Shown piece after piece: positions 1 through 7,913 of a DNA stretch of 58,009 bases. Under the pieces are notes generated by a model that saw nothing but the letters and a program-made list of their open reading frames with translations, was not told the DNA's origin and did not search any database. Both the position numbers and the translations under genes were made by a program. Source of the stretch: an uncultured Candidatus Saccharibacteria bacterium (GTDB taxonomy: Bacteria; Patescibacteriota; Saccharimonadia; Saccharimonadales; Saccharimonadaceae); assembly GCA_964469535.1 (NCBI GenBank), contig CAYXZG010000001.1:1-58009 (forward strand), written 5' to 3'. Numbering within the stretch: position 1 is the stretch's first letter; each line of letters begins with the position of its first letter.

Positions 1-53
1 TGTAAATCTCTCGGCTTCGGCCTTCGTAGGTTCGAGTCCTACTTCCAGCACCA
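1..53 (+). tRNA. tRNA-Tyr(GTA), 3' portion (5' end outside window)
   Basis: Anticodon loop TGTAAAT, long variable arm, T-arm GTAGG-TTCGAGT-CCTAC and encoded CCA end at 51-53. Confidence 0.85.
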
Positions 54-91
54 ATAAAATAAGTTAGACAAAAAGTCTAACTTATTTTATT
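54..91 (+). terminator. Inverted-repeat terminator after tRNA
   Basis: ATAAAATAAGTTAGAC-AAAAA-GTCTAACTTATTTTAT perfect stem. Confidence 0.7.
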
Positions 92-197
92 GTATGAGGA
101 GTAGTGGGACGGATTTAGTATGTTCGGGTACGTTCGGTTTTGTTCGGTAGGATATGGGATACGAGATTGGGCGTTCGGCGAAAAAAGCTGTATTTCT

Positions 198-611
198 TGT
201 CCTAAGCACTGGCAACTACCAAGCGGTAAAGCTGAACTAAAGGTCAATCCTGATACAAATGACGAGTACTATGATCCAATTATGGTTGATAACGGGCTAT
301 GGAACCTGCTACAAAATTACGGTTGGCCTGGACCTGAAACAGAACAACATTATGGGCCACTAAACTGGACGAATGCCGATAAAGTTTACCATGGTGGGTT
401 GAGCCCATTTTACTTTCTACCGAGTGGAAGAGTAACCGATGGGTCAGATGGTCTTTCGCGTATCGTTAAAACTGGGCAATCGTGGACGAACGCAGCTTTT
501 AAGGGATCACTCGCGCTATATTACAGCGTTACTCATGATCTAGATAGTGTAGGCGTTAGTCGCGGCTATGAACGATATCATGGCCTCTCCCTTCGCTGCC
601 TCACTCAGTAG
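198..611 (+). other. Variable cassette A: C-terminal half of FISUMP (Fib_succ_major)-like domain, probably silent
   Basis: CPKHWQLPS...YGW...PFY...GLSLRCLTQ*; 19-bp 5' box at 204-222; 3' box 590-650; N-terminal extension from ATG 120 is not homologous to other copies. Confidence 0.75.
204..222 (+). repeat. 19-bp cassette 5' box AAGCACTGGCAACTACCAA (copy 1 of 6)
   Basis: Identical copies at 1295-1313(-), 8524-8542(-), 8560-8578(+), 37206-37224(-), 37251-37269(+). Confidence 0.95.
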
Positions 612-650
612 TAGTATCCTCTAGTGGGTAGATATACTATGATAGATATT
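590..650 (+). repeat. ~60-bp cassette 3' box (CTTCGCTGCCTCACTCAGTAGTAGTATCCTCTAGTRGGTAGATATAMTATGATAGATATT)
   Basis: Near-identical copies at ~8093-8152(-), ~8902-8946(+, shorter), ~36772-36831(-), ~37650-37709(+); only the coding part at ~871-893(-). Confidence 0.95.
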
Positions 651-662
651 TTACTCACTTTC

Positions 663-784
663 CTAGTTTACCTTTACGGAAGTTTGATGAACCCACTCCG
701 ACGCCCGTCTTTACGGGGTCGTCGTTCTTCGCATTGAGCTTCAATGCTCTTTTAGTCCATCAAACTTCCGTAAAGGTAAACTAG
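663..784. repeat. Palindromic element with perfect 27-bp terminal inverted repeats and internal hairpins
   Basis: CTAGTTTACCTTTACGGAAGTTTGATG (663-689) vs CATCAAACTTCCGTAAAGGTAAACTAG (758-784); inner GCATTGA-GCT-TCAATGC. Confidence 0.9.
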
Positions 785-872
785 TAGTGTAATATATGCA
801 CCATATATATTGGTAGATACACACATAATATATACAATACTACATATACATTATTATGTGTGTATCTGTATA

Positions 873-1322
873 CTACTGAGTGAGGCAGCGAAGAGAGTAA
901 GCACGCTTGGAATTATGATGAGAGAATTCCGTTACAAATATACCTGTTCCTGTAGAAGTTTCCCCTTCTCCATACATATAGGCACCGTGACCGAGTCCTA
1001 GATCTTGACGAGTTCCAGTCCAATAGTAGCCTCTGGTTGCAGGTAATATTAAAGCGTCTAGGATGCTATCAGATCCATAAACAGAGCCGCTGGAATTAAG
1101 GTAAAAAGGATTCAGAACAGTATCATATTCATGGCCTTCATACGTCCAGCTACTGGGAGCATGATAGCTATTGTTTGGGATTGTCCAGCCATAATGATCG
1201 TGCAGCAACCCATAGAGACTTTTCTGGACTGGAATAACATTTCCCCAATGTCCACCAGTCTCAGAATCGTCAGCGATCCATTCTCTCTTTCCGCTTGGTA
1301 GTTGCCAGTGCTTAGGGCAGAT
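873..1322 (-). other. Variable cassette B: C-terminal half of FISUMP-like domain, probably silent
   Basis: ICPKHWQLPSGKREW...YGW...PFY...AYSLRCLTQ*; 19-bp box at 1295-1313; only a TTG start with an unrelated short leader. Confidence 0.75.
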
Positions 1323-1369
1323 GAGACGGAGGCGAAGATACGTCAAAATGCTATGTTGTGGCGAGCGGG

Positions 1370-2200
1370 CTAGATACGCTTTTTGCTGCGAGGACTTGGG
1401 GTAGGGCGAGGAGCGCTCGTGGAACTCGTGGCGGCGGAAGTGCTCGGTCCAAGAGAGAGACGTGCGGCAGAGCGGGAGGAAGTTTGGGGTCTCGGGACGG
1501 ATTTGGTGACAGTGGATCTGGCGGTGGTAGACTTAGTACGAGTGCTTTGATGGCTGTTTTGCAAGGATCGGCGGGTTGGTTTTTGCTCGGAGGCGAGCTG
1601 TTGCTCGATGCGGGCGGTAATATCGGCAAGGGCGGCGACGTCGCCGGTTAATTCGTGAATAGCGAGGATGAGACGGAGAGTGCTGGCGCTGTGGTCGAGT
1701 TCGTAGGCGCGTTCGAGCGAATCGACGGCGGCTTTGGTCTGGCCGAGCTTTTCTTGGGCTTTGGCGAGGGCGATGTAGCGAGAAGGGACGGTATTCTCGA
1801 GGGCGATGGCCTGTTCGAAGGCCATGACGGCTTTTTCGAAGGCGCCAGTTTCGAGATAAATAAGACCAACGTTATGGAGCGAGGATGGATTATTATCAAG
1901 AGATTGGGCGATTTCGAAACATTCGATGGCTTCGTTGAATTTTTGCTCTTTAGCATAGAGAATGCCGAGGCGATTATAAGCGGCAGCGTTCTTTTCGTCG
2001 AATTTGAGAATGGTAAGGAGGGCTTTCTCGGCGCGGAGCGGTTTGTGGTCGCGCATAGAAGTTTGAGCCGCATTCCAGAGTTTTTTCATCTGGAGATCAT
2101 AGCGAGCGTTATGCTCGACCGCGGGCTTTCTGCGATGTAAGATCGGCACCACAAAAGCAATCAAGAACGCTAAGGCGACAATGAACGCAATACTGATCAT
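1370..2200 (-). CDS. Membrane-anchored TPR-repeat protein with basic Ser/Thr-rich tail
   Basis: N-terminal hydrophobic helix; TPR motifs AYNRLGILY, SLHNVGLIY. Confidence 0.85.
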   Translation of the reverse strand: MISIAFIVALAFLIAFVVPILHRRKPAVEHNARYDLQMKKLWNAAQTSMRDHKPLRAEKALLTILKFDEKNAAAYNRLGILYAKEQKFNEAIECFEIAQSLDNNPSSLHNVGLIYLETGAFEKAVMAFEQAIALENTVPSRYIALAKAQEKLGQTKAAVDSLERAYELDHSASTLRLILAIHELTGDVAALADITARIEQQLASEQKPTRRSLQNSHQSTRTKSTTARSTVTKSVPRPQTSSRSAARLSLGPSTSAATSSTSAPRPTPSPRSKKRI

Positions 2201-2209
2201 ACCTTTATT

Positions 2210-2881
2210 TTAGCATAAATCGGCGACGATATGCAGCTTGATATGACCATTTTGAGAAAGCGCGTCGTAGAGGGTGAGAAAATTGGGGAGTTTGCTGAGA
2301 AACTTTGGGTTTTTGGTCTTAAAATAGGACTTATAAAGGAGCTCGATGGCGGTGGCGACGACGTTCAGAGCTTGTTCGCGGGGTTGGGTTTTATTTTTGG
2401 TCAATTCGAGTGCGAGGGTGGGGAGGTCGTGTGGGGCAGCGGAGACGAGGCGCTTCGCGAGGGCAAGTTCTTTGTCTTTGGCGCGTGGGGCAGAATCGAG
2501 AACGTTGGCACGGCGCAAAAAGAAGATTTGGGCACGCGAGAGAATGGTCGGTAAAAGCGAGTTGGGCGATTCGGTGAGAAGAAGAAAATGACAATGAGCT
2601 TTTGGCTCCTCGAAAGTCTTGAGAAAGGCGTTTTGAGCAGCTTCGTTCATGGCGTCGGCGGGAGTGATGACGAAATAGCGGTCGGAAGTCTGAAGGTTAT
2701 TAGTTAGCGCGATAAAGCCGCGCAGTTGCTCAACGGTAATAATGTTAGTCTTTTTTGACTCGTCGGGGCGAAGGTAGAGCGGATGAGGCAGGTTGAGTTT
2801 AGTGTCGGGAGACACGACGAAAACGGCACAACTGGTGCGAGTGGCGATTGAGGAAACGTCAGAGGGGTTTTCGAAGAACAT
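2210..2881 (-). CDS. holB: DNA polymerase III delta' subunit-like protein (N-terminally reduced)
   Basis: ADAMNEAAQNAFLKTFEEP and LLPTILSRAQ motifs; no Walker A or Zn module. Confidence 0.75.
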   Translation of the reverse strand: MFFENPSDVSSIATRTSCAVFVVSPDTKLNLPHPLYLRPDESKKTNIITVEQLRGFIALTNNLQTSDRYFVITPADAMNEAAQNAFLKTFEEPKAHCHFLLLTESPNSLLPTILSRAQIFFLRRANVLDSAPRAKDKELALAKRLVSAAPHDLPTLALELTKNKTQPREQALNVVATAIELLYKSYFKTKNPKFLSKLPNFLTLYDALSQNGHIKLHIVADLC

Positions 2882-3780
2882 TAGTTTGAAGTGGCCATGA
2901 CTTGGTTAAATTCGGCGGGGGTGGGGGATGTGAAAGTGCGGCGCTGATTCCCTTCGGGGGTAGGAATGGTGATCTCGAGAGACTTAGCATGGAGAAAGAG
3001 ACGGGAAGCTGGTTCGCCAGAGCCATAGACGGGGTCGCCGAGGATGGGAGTACCGAGGTATTTGAGGTGGACGCGGAGCTGATGGGTGCGGCCAGTCGTA
3101 GGGTGGAGCTCAAGAAGCGAATACTTATCGTTCGTGGCGAGGATTTTGTAGTGAGTTTGGGAAGGTTTGCCGTTTTGGTCGACTTGAAAAGTGGTTGGGC
3201 GTTTCAAATTGCGGGCAATCGGGAGGTCGATGAGGGCTTCGGGGAGTTTCGGATGTCCGACGACGATGGCGAGATAAGTTTTATGGGCTTTGCGATTTTG
3301 AAATTGGCGACGGAGCATTTTTTGGGTGTCGGGATCTTTGGCGAGGATGACGGTGCCGCTAGTGTCGCGATCGAGACGATGGACAAGCAAGCCGTAGTTT
3401 TCGAGGGTTGGCTCTGGGCAATATTCTCCTTTCGCCATGCTGAGGAGCCCGGCGGGTTTGTCGAGGACGAGGACGTGCGCATCTTCGTAAACCACAGGTG
3501 GGCGCGGCGGAACGGCGGCACTAGCGGGAACGCTGAGTCGAAGGTCGACTGTATCGAGGAATTTGGCGTTAGGCTTTGTGATAATTTGACCATCGGCAGT
3601 AACGTAACCGTTTCTAATGAAAGTCTGGAGAGTGGAGCGATTATACTCGGGATGCTGCTTGACGAGAAGATGATCAAGGCGAAATTTCTCGGGTGCACTT
3701 TGATCAGTCGCGAGGATGGTGTCGCCGTTGATAACGCGAGAGAGATCGGGCTTACTGAATTTCTTGCCGGTGATAATCAT
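2881..3780 (-). CDS. RluA/RluD family pseudouridine synthase with S4 domain
   Basis: RLDHLL S4 start, LDKPAGL, HRLDRDTSG, TGRTHQLRVH, PILGDPVYG. Confidence 0.92.
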   Translation of the reverse strand: MIITGKKFSKPDLSRVINGDTILATDQSAPEKFRLDHLLVKQHPEYNRSTLQTFIRNGYVTADGQIITKPNAKFLDTVDLRLSVPASAAVPPRPPVVYEDAHVLVLDKPAGLLSMAKGEYCPEPTLENYGLLVHRLDRDTSGTVILAKDPDTQKMLRRQFQNRKAHKTYLAIVVGHPKLPEALIDLPIARNLKRPTTFQVDQNGKPSQTHYKILATNDKYSLLELHPTTGRTHQLRVHLKYLGTPILGDPVYGSGEPASRLFLHAKSLEITIPTPEGNQRRTFTSPTPAEFNQVMATSN

Positions 3781-3788
3781 AGAATGGC

Positions 3789-4814
3789 TTACCTCAAATG
3801 AAAGGCTTTTTGGACGGCGAGGAGCTTAGCATTGGCGATATTGTTGGCGTAAGCTTCGCTAATCTTGAGGTGCTCGAGGACGGTGGCGTCGTCGATGGTC
3901 GCAAGGCGATTTTGGATATTTTCGAGGAAAGTAGCGACGCTCTCGGCGACTTTTTGCTTCAGATCGCCATAATGAGTTTCGCCAGCCCAAGTCGAAATGA
4001 CATCTTGGAGCGGGAGATTGTTGACGATGGCTTCGATTTGGAGAAGATTACTGATACCGGGCTGATTAAACATGTCGAATTGGATTTTGCCGATGGAATC
4101 GGTCGTAGCGGACATGATCTTTTTCTTGACGGAAGCTGGATCGTCAGACATCATAATGCGACTATTTTCGGAGGCGGAGGATTTACTCATTTTCTTTTCG
4201 GGGTTTTGGAGGTCGCGAATCCGTAAGCCGTCGCTTAAGTTCATGAATTTGACTTGTTCTTTCGGCTCGGCGGGGAGGACGAAAGTTTCGCCGAAACGGT
4301 TGTTGAAGCGCTCGGCGAGGCGGCGCGTCAGCTCGATGTGCTGGAACTGATCTTCGCCGACCGGAATGTAAGTTGCGTCGTAGAGTAGAATGTCAGCAGC
4401 CATGAGGACGGGATAGTCGAAAATCCCGACGTTGACGCTATCTTTGCCGTCGCTTTTGTCTTTGTACTGGGTCATACGGTTCAGCTCGCCCATGGAAGCG
4501 ACGCAATTCAAAATCCAGCAGAGTTCGGAGTGCGCGGGGATGCGAGATTGGCGGTAGATGTGGACATTCGCATTCATCTCGAGTCCGGCAGCGAAATAAT
4601 ATTTGAGGGAGTGAAGAATGTTAGCTTGTAATTCCCCATTGATCTCGGCGATAATCGAGTGGAGATCGGGCGCGAAGATGTTGATCTGAGAAGTGGCGCT
4701 GTGCGCATTGGCGAGGCGAACCATCGGGAGCAGAGCGCCGAGAAAGTTGCCGAGCGTGAAATCATTGTTGACGCGCAGGCCAGTAAGAATAGTGGGTGAT
4801 TTTGGTGTATTCAT
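3789..4814 (-). CDS. trpS: Tryptophan--tRNA ligase (start re-called at ATG 4814)
   Basis: TLGNFLG (HIGH-like), YPVLMAADIL, VGEDQ, KMSKS; TGCTATAAT 6 nt upstream of ATG 4814. Confidence 0.95.
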   Translation of the reverse strand: MNTPKSPTILTGLRVNNDFTLGNFLGALLPMVRLANAHSATSQINIFAPDLHSIIAEINGELQANILHSLKYYFAAGLEMNANVHIYRQSRIPAHSELCWILNCVASMGELNRMTQYKDKSDGKDSVNVGIFDYPVLMAADILLYDATYIPVGEDQFQHIELTRRLAERFNNRFGETFVLPAEPKEQVKFMNLSDGLRIRDLQNPEKKMSKSSASENSRIMMSDDPASVKKKIMSATTDSIGKIQFDMFNQPGISNLLQIEAIVNNLPLQDVISTWAGETHYGDLKQKVAESVATFLENIQNRLATIDDATVLEHLKISEAYANNIANAKLLAVQKAFHLR

Positions 4815-4859
4815 GAGATAATTATAGCACAGGACGAGGCGGGCCAGCAAAAAATGTTC

Positions 4860-4888
4860 TTGACAAAATTGAGAGTTCGTGCCAAAAT
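4860..4888 (+). promoter_or_regulatory. Sigma70-type promoter for the Ubl operon
   Basis: TTGACA-N17-CAAAAT with TG extension; downstream hairpin AGAAGTACTA/TAGTACTTCT at ~4924-4951. Confidence 0.55.
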
Positions 4889-5014
4889 GAGAAAGGGACG
4901 GGAGTTTTTCTAGTCCCTAGAAAAGAAGTACTATTTTACGCTAGTACTTCTCTATCGTTTAAAAGGTTCGTAAAAATCTTTGGCAAATTAAAATTTTTGG
5001 AAAGAAGGGTTCGT

Positions 5015-6385
5015 ATGAGGGTGATGCGTCAGCGTGGGGATTCTGATTTTGAGGTGGAGCCGAAAGACGTTGTGACTGTGGTAATCATAGTGGCAGTCTG
5101 TTTAGTGCTGCTATTGGCGATTTTGACTGGTGTGGCTGCGCTCGTTGCGGTGGCCAACAATAGCCACATACCGGAATACAACGCATCGGCGGCGGAGTTC
5201 AATGCTTTTCCGCTGGACGTAAGGATGGCGATCACGCAGTGGACGGAACGAGATGATGTCGATCCGGAGACTTTCCTGATCACTGAGAAGACGCCAGAGC
5301 CGCTGTTTTTCTTGGCGGAAGAGTTTGAAAACGGGCAGGGTGGCAAAATATGCTGGATAGTTTTGGGCATATTCTTGCTCGCTTGTTCGTGCGCAACGTT
5401 TGCGCTCTACTTAGCAGAGCGATATAAACGTTTTTATCTGTGTTCTTTGCCTTACGACACGGTTTTTGGATGGGTGCTGTTTTTCATGATGTTCGTGAGC
5501 TGGCCGTTCATGCTGATTAGCTACATTTGTATGCGGATTCAGCGGACGGAAGAATTCCGGCGACGGCGAGAAAAACGCAAAGAGCTGCGCGAACAACGCC
5601 GGATGGCGGAGGAACGCGAAAAAGCCGAAGTGCGGCGGCTCGCAGAAAGCGAGCTAACGGCGGTCGCAAAGAAGATGACGCGACCGGCTTTCCCGGAGCG
5701 AGCGCACCGAGCGTTTGTCGAATACATCTTCAACGGTCAAGTGGACGCGCGCAAGGCGCGACGCGAAGAAGCGCGTAAGATGGTGGAAGACGCGAAGACG
5801 CAGCTGCAAGAAGCTGGTCAGGTAGTGAGTGATGCGCAACGGGCGCTGGGTGAAGCCAAGGCAAACTTAGAGCGTGTCGAGTCAGTCTATTCTGAGACGC
5901 GGAGCCTGATAGAGGCGGAAGCGGATTGGGAAGCGATCAAGGACGCTCGAGGTGTGTCGGGGATCACTTACGATCGGCGGCGCAAAAACCTTGCGATTAT
6001 CTTTAAAGTGCGGGTGCCGTATGAGGGGGAGTTGTACGATTTTGGCGACTATCGGCTCGTACTCGATGGTAGCGCGAGGTGCAGATGCAAAGAGATCCGT
6101 TCAGGTGTGAAACTTAACCATACGAGTGTTAGGCCGCTGTATCATATTGATGATAAGCTTTTTTGCTTTGGCCATAGCTTGGGGACGATCGAAGATTATC
6201 TGAGACACAGTCGCTACGTTGAAGCGATTACGCTGATCGTGAATTGTCTACATTCTGTGAACGGCGAGGACGCTGCGCGCGAAATTCCAAATTGCTTTCG
6301 CAAGGTCGAGGTGGTCGAGAAGGCCAAACGTCGGATCTTGCGTCGCAATAAATTGAAATTTTGGCAAAGGAGCGTGGGCGGATGA
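5015..6385 (+). CDS. Multi-TM and coiled-coil protein with C-terminal prokaryotic E2 (UBC)-like domain
   Basis: Three hydrophobic segments, long charged helix, then YDFGDYRLVL...PLYHIDDKLFCFG...YVEAITLIVNCLHSVN resembling the prokaryotic E2 H..C.G pattern; first gene of JAB-E1-Ubl operon; start uncertain (4997/5015/5024). Confidence 0.6.
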   Translation: MRVMRQRGDSDFEVEPKDVVTVVIIVAVCLVLLLAILTGVAALVAVANNSHIPEYNASAAEFNAFPLDVRMAITQWTERDDVDPETFLITEKTPEPLFFLAEEFENGQGGKICWIVLGIFLLACSCATFALYLAERYKRFYLCSLPYDTVFGWVLFFMMFVSWPFMLISYICMRIQRTEEFRRRREKRKELREQRRMAEEREKAEVRRLAESELTAVAKKMTRPAFPERAHRAFVEYIFNGQVDARKARREEARKMVEDAKTQLQEAGQVVSDAQRALGEAKANLERVESVYSETRSLIEAEADWEAIKDARGVSGITYDRRRKNLAIIFKVRVPYEGELYDFGDYRLVLDGSARCRCKEIRSGVKLNHTSVRPLYHIDDKLFCFGHSLGTIEDYLRHSRYVEAITLIVNCLHSVNGEDAAREIPNCFRKVEVVEKAKRRILRRNKLKFWQRSVGG

Positions 6386-6969
6386 ATTTGCGTGTACCCG
6401 GAGCACATCTGTGTATTCCCTTAGCGATCTGGCAGCGTTTGCGCATGTACGTGGAGCTGAGTGCGCCGCACGAGGTGACCGGCATTGGGACATTGATGCT
6501 GCTTGATGCGGAAAATTTCTATGTGAAAGAGGTGTTTTTGCCGCGACAAACTGCGTCGCAAGTTGACTGCGAGTTCCAGGAAGGAGAGTTGAACGAGATC
6601 ATCTATGAGCTCATGCAGGGCAATCCGAGTCGTGTCGAACAGCTGCGATTCCGGTGGCATTCGCATGGGTATAGCCAAGTTTTCTGGTCGCAGAAAGATG
6701 AACAAGATATTGCGGCCTGGGAAAGCCCGTGGGTCGTGAATTTAGTGATGAACGCACAAAACGAACGCCTGGCGCGGCTGGATCTATTTTCTCCGCTCAG
6801 GATTCGGAACTATCCGTTGAAGGTGGAGATCGTGATACCGGAAGATGCCAAGTTGCACAATGAATGCGCGGAAGAGTTAGAGCGCAAAGTGGCGTTTCAA
6901 GAAGCTGCGATGCGGTCGCTTGGAAAGGAGCCTGGAAATGGATTATTCGGATCAGCAAAAAATTTTTAA
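6382..6969 (+). CDS. JAB/MPN (JAMM) metallo-isopeptidase
   Basis: N-terminal Glu (HEVTG) and HSH-x7-S-x2-D (WHSHGYSQVFWSQKD); ATGA overlap with upstream stop. Confidence 0.85.
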   Translation: MNLRVPGAHLCIPLAIWQRLRMYVELSAPHEVTGIGTLMLLDAENFYVKEVFLPRQTASQVDCEFQEGELNEIIYELMQGNPSRVEQLRFRWHSHGYSQVFWSQKDEQDIAAWESPWVVNLVMNAQNERLARLDLFSPLRIRNYPLKVEIVIPEDAKLHNECAEELERKVAFQEAAMRSLGKEPGNGLFGSAKNF

Positions 6970-7612
6970 CGCGGACACGTGGGGTTGGCCGGTGCATTTG
7001 ATCGGCGCTGGCGGGATCAATAATCTCGTCGGTCCGACACTGGCGAAGATGGGCGTGCGCAAAATTCACGTCTGGGATGACGATATTTTGGAAACACGCA
7101 ATTGCCCGACGGAGGTCGCCTACGCTTATCTGATGGCTGGCCGGCCGAAAACCGATGCGATGGCGAACGTGATTGACTATCTGATGGACGGTAAAGTCCA
7201 AGTCGTTCAACACCGCGAGCGCGTAACGGCGGCAACGGTGCTGGAGAGTGGCGTGGTCGTCTGCGGGGTCGATTCGATGAAAAGTCGCCAAGCAATTTGG
7301 CAAAACGTGAAGACAAATTTTTTGAACGTTCCGTTGTTCATTGATGGACGCAGCGCAGGCGAAGAAACGGTAATTTTTGCTTTTGAACCGTCGGATTTCG
7401 GAGCGGCGGAAGACTATGAGTCGTGGTTGTTTGATGACGACGAAGCTTTGCAGCTGGAATGCGGTGCCCGCAATATCGGGTACATCGCGGCCTATATGGC
7501 GGCGGAGATCAGCCGCATTATGACAAGATTCCATCGGGGACTCCCGGTTGAATTTTATACTGCGCGCGATTTTTCCCAAAATAAGGAGGTAGTGAAATGG
7601 AGACTAATCTGA
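6938..7612 (+). CDS. ThiF/E1-like ubiquitin-activating adenylyltransferase
   Basis: LIGAGGI, WDDDILETRN, GRPKT, VCGVDS..SR, FIDGR; candidate catalytic Cys in LECGA; SD AAGGAG. Confidence 0.88.
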   Translation: MDYSDQQKIFNADTWGWPVHLIGAGGINNLVGPTLAKMGVRKIHVWDDDILETRNCPTEVAYAYLMAGRPKTDAMANVIDYLMDGKVQVVQHRERVTAATVLESGVVVCGVDSMKSRQAIWQNVKTNFLNVPLFIDGRSAGEETVIFAFEPSDFGAAEDYESWLFDDDEALQLECGARNIGYIAAYMAAEISRIMTRFHRGLPVEFYTARDFSQNKEVVKWRLI

Positions 7613-7854
7613 AGAAACCTGAGCAGGCAGCTCCTGAGTCGATCGTGAAGATCGCGAACGGCGCCGGCAACGAACCGATCGAGATCGTTTGGCGCGAGGG
7701 CGACACGGTCGCCAGTGTACTGAAGCGGGCCAACATCACCATCGAGCCTGGACGGACGGCGACGATCGGCCGGCAGCGGATCAGCAAACCGAAGAAGACG
7801 GAGGTGCGCCCGGGCGAGGTCATCGTGATTGCCGGCAAGCCCAGCAACGGCTAA
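7597..7854 (+). CDS. Ubiquitin-like (beta-grasp, ThiS/MoaD-like) protein ending in Gly
   Basis: 85 aa; GDTVASVL...VRPGEVIVIAGKPSNG*; strong SD TAAGGAGGT; follows E1. Confidence 0.72.
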   Translation: METNLKKPEQAAPESIVKIANGAGNEPIEIVWREGDTVASVLKRANITIEPGRTATIGRQRISKPKKTEVRPGEVIVIAGKPSNG

Positions 7855-7871
7855 TCTTTCCAAAAATGCGG

Positions 7872-7900
7872 AGCCCTCGACCTTCGGGTCGGGGGCTTTT
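7872..7900 (+). terminator. Rho-independent terminator of Ubl operon
   Basis: AGCCCTCGACC-TTCG-GGTCGGGGGCT then TTT. Confidence 0.75.
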
Positions 7901-7913
7901 CCATTGCACCAGA

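Noticed and set aside
121-150. Short tandem YGTTCGG repeats with 10-bp period upstream of cassette A
   Set aside because: Only three degenerate units and not found at other cassettes; insufficient support for a function.
120-197. ORF-track N-termini for cassettes (120, 1346, 8599, 8464) and internal starts (36996, 37320)
   Set aside because: The extensions are mutually non-homologous, two are just the antisense of the neighbouring cassette, and none has an SD or leaderless -10. Internal starts cut off the conserved KHWQLP box.
2210-2881. holB, short proS and shortened ychF as pseudogenes
   Set aside because: The ORFs are intact with core motifs and tight operon packing; domain loss is consistent with genome streamlining.
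1351-4765. Long antisense/alternate-frame ORFs (e.g. 1358-1651, 1655-2140, 2902-3801, 3798-4226) and similar ones throughout the window
   Set aside because: They overlap well-supported genes on the opposite strand or frame and have no recognisable motifs; treated as shadow ORFs.
6938-7854. ThiF-ThiS thiamine or MoeB-MoaD molybdopterin biosynthesis
   Set aside because: No thiG/thiE/moaE neighbours. The Ubl ends NG rather than GG, and JAB and E2-like genes are co-operonic, favouring conjugation.
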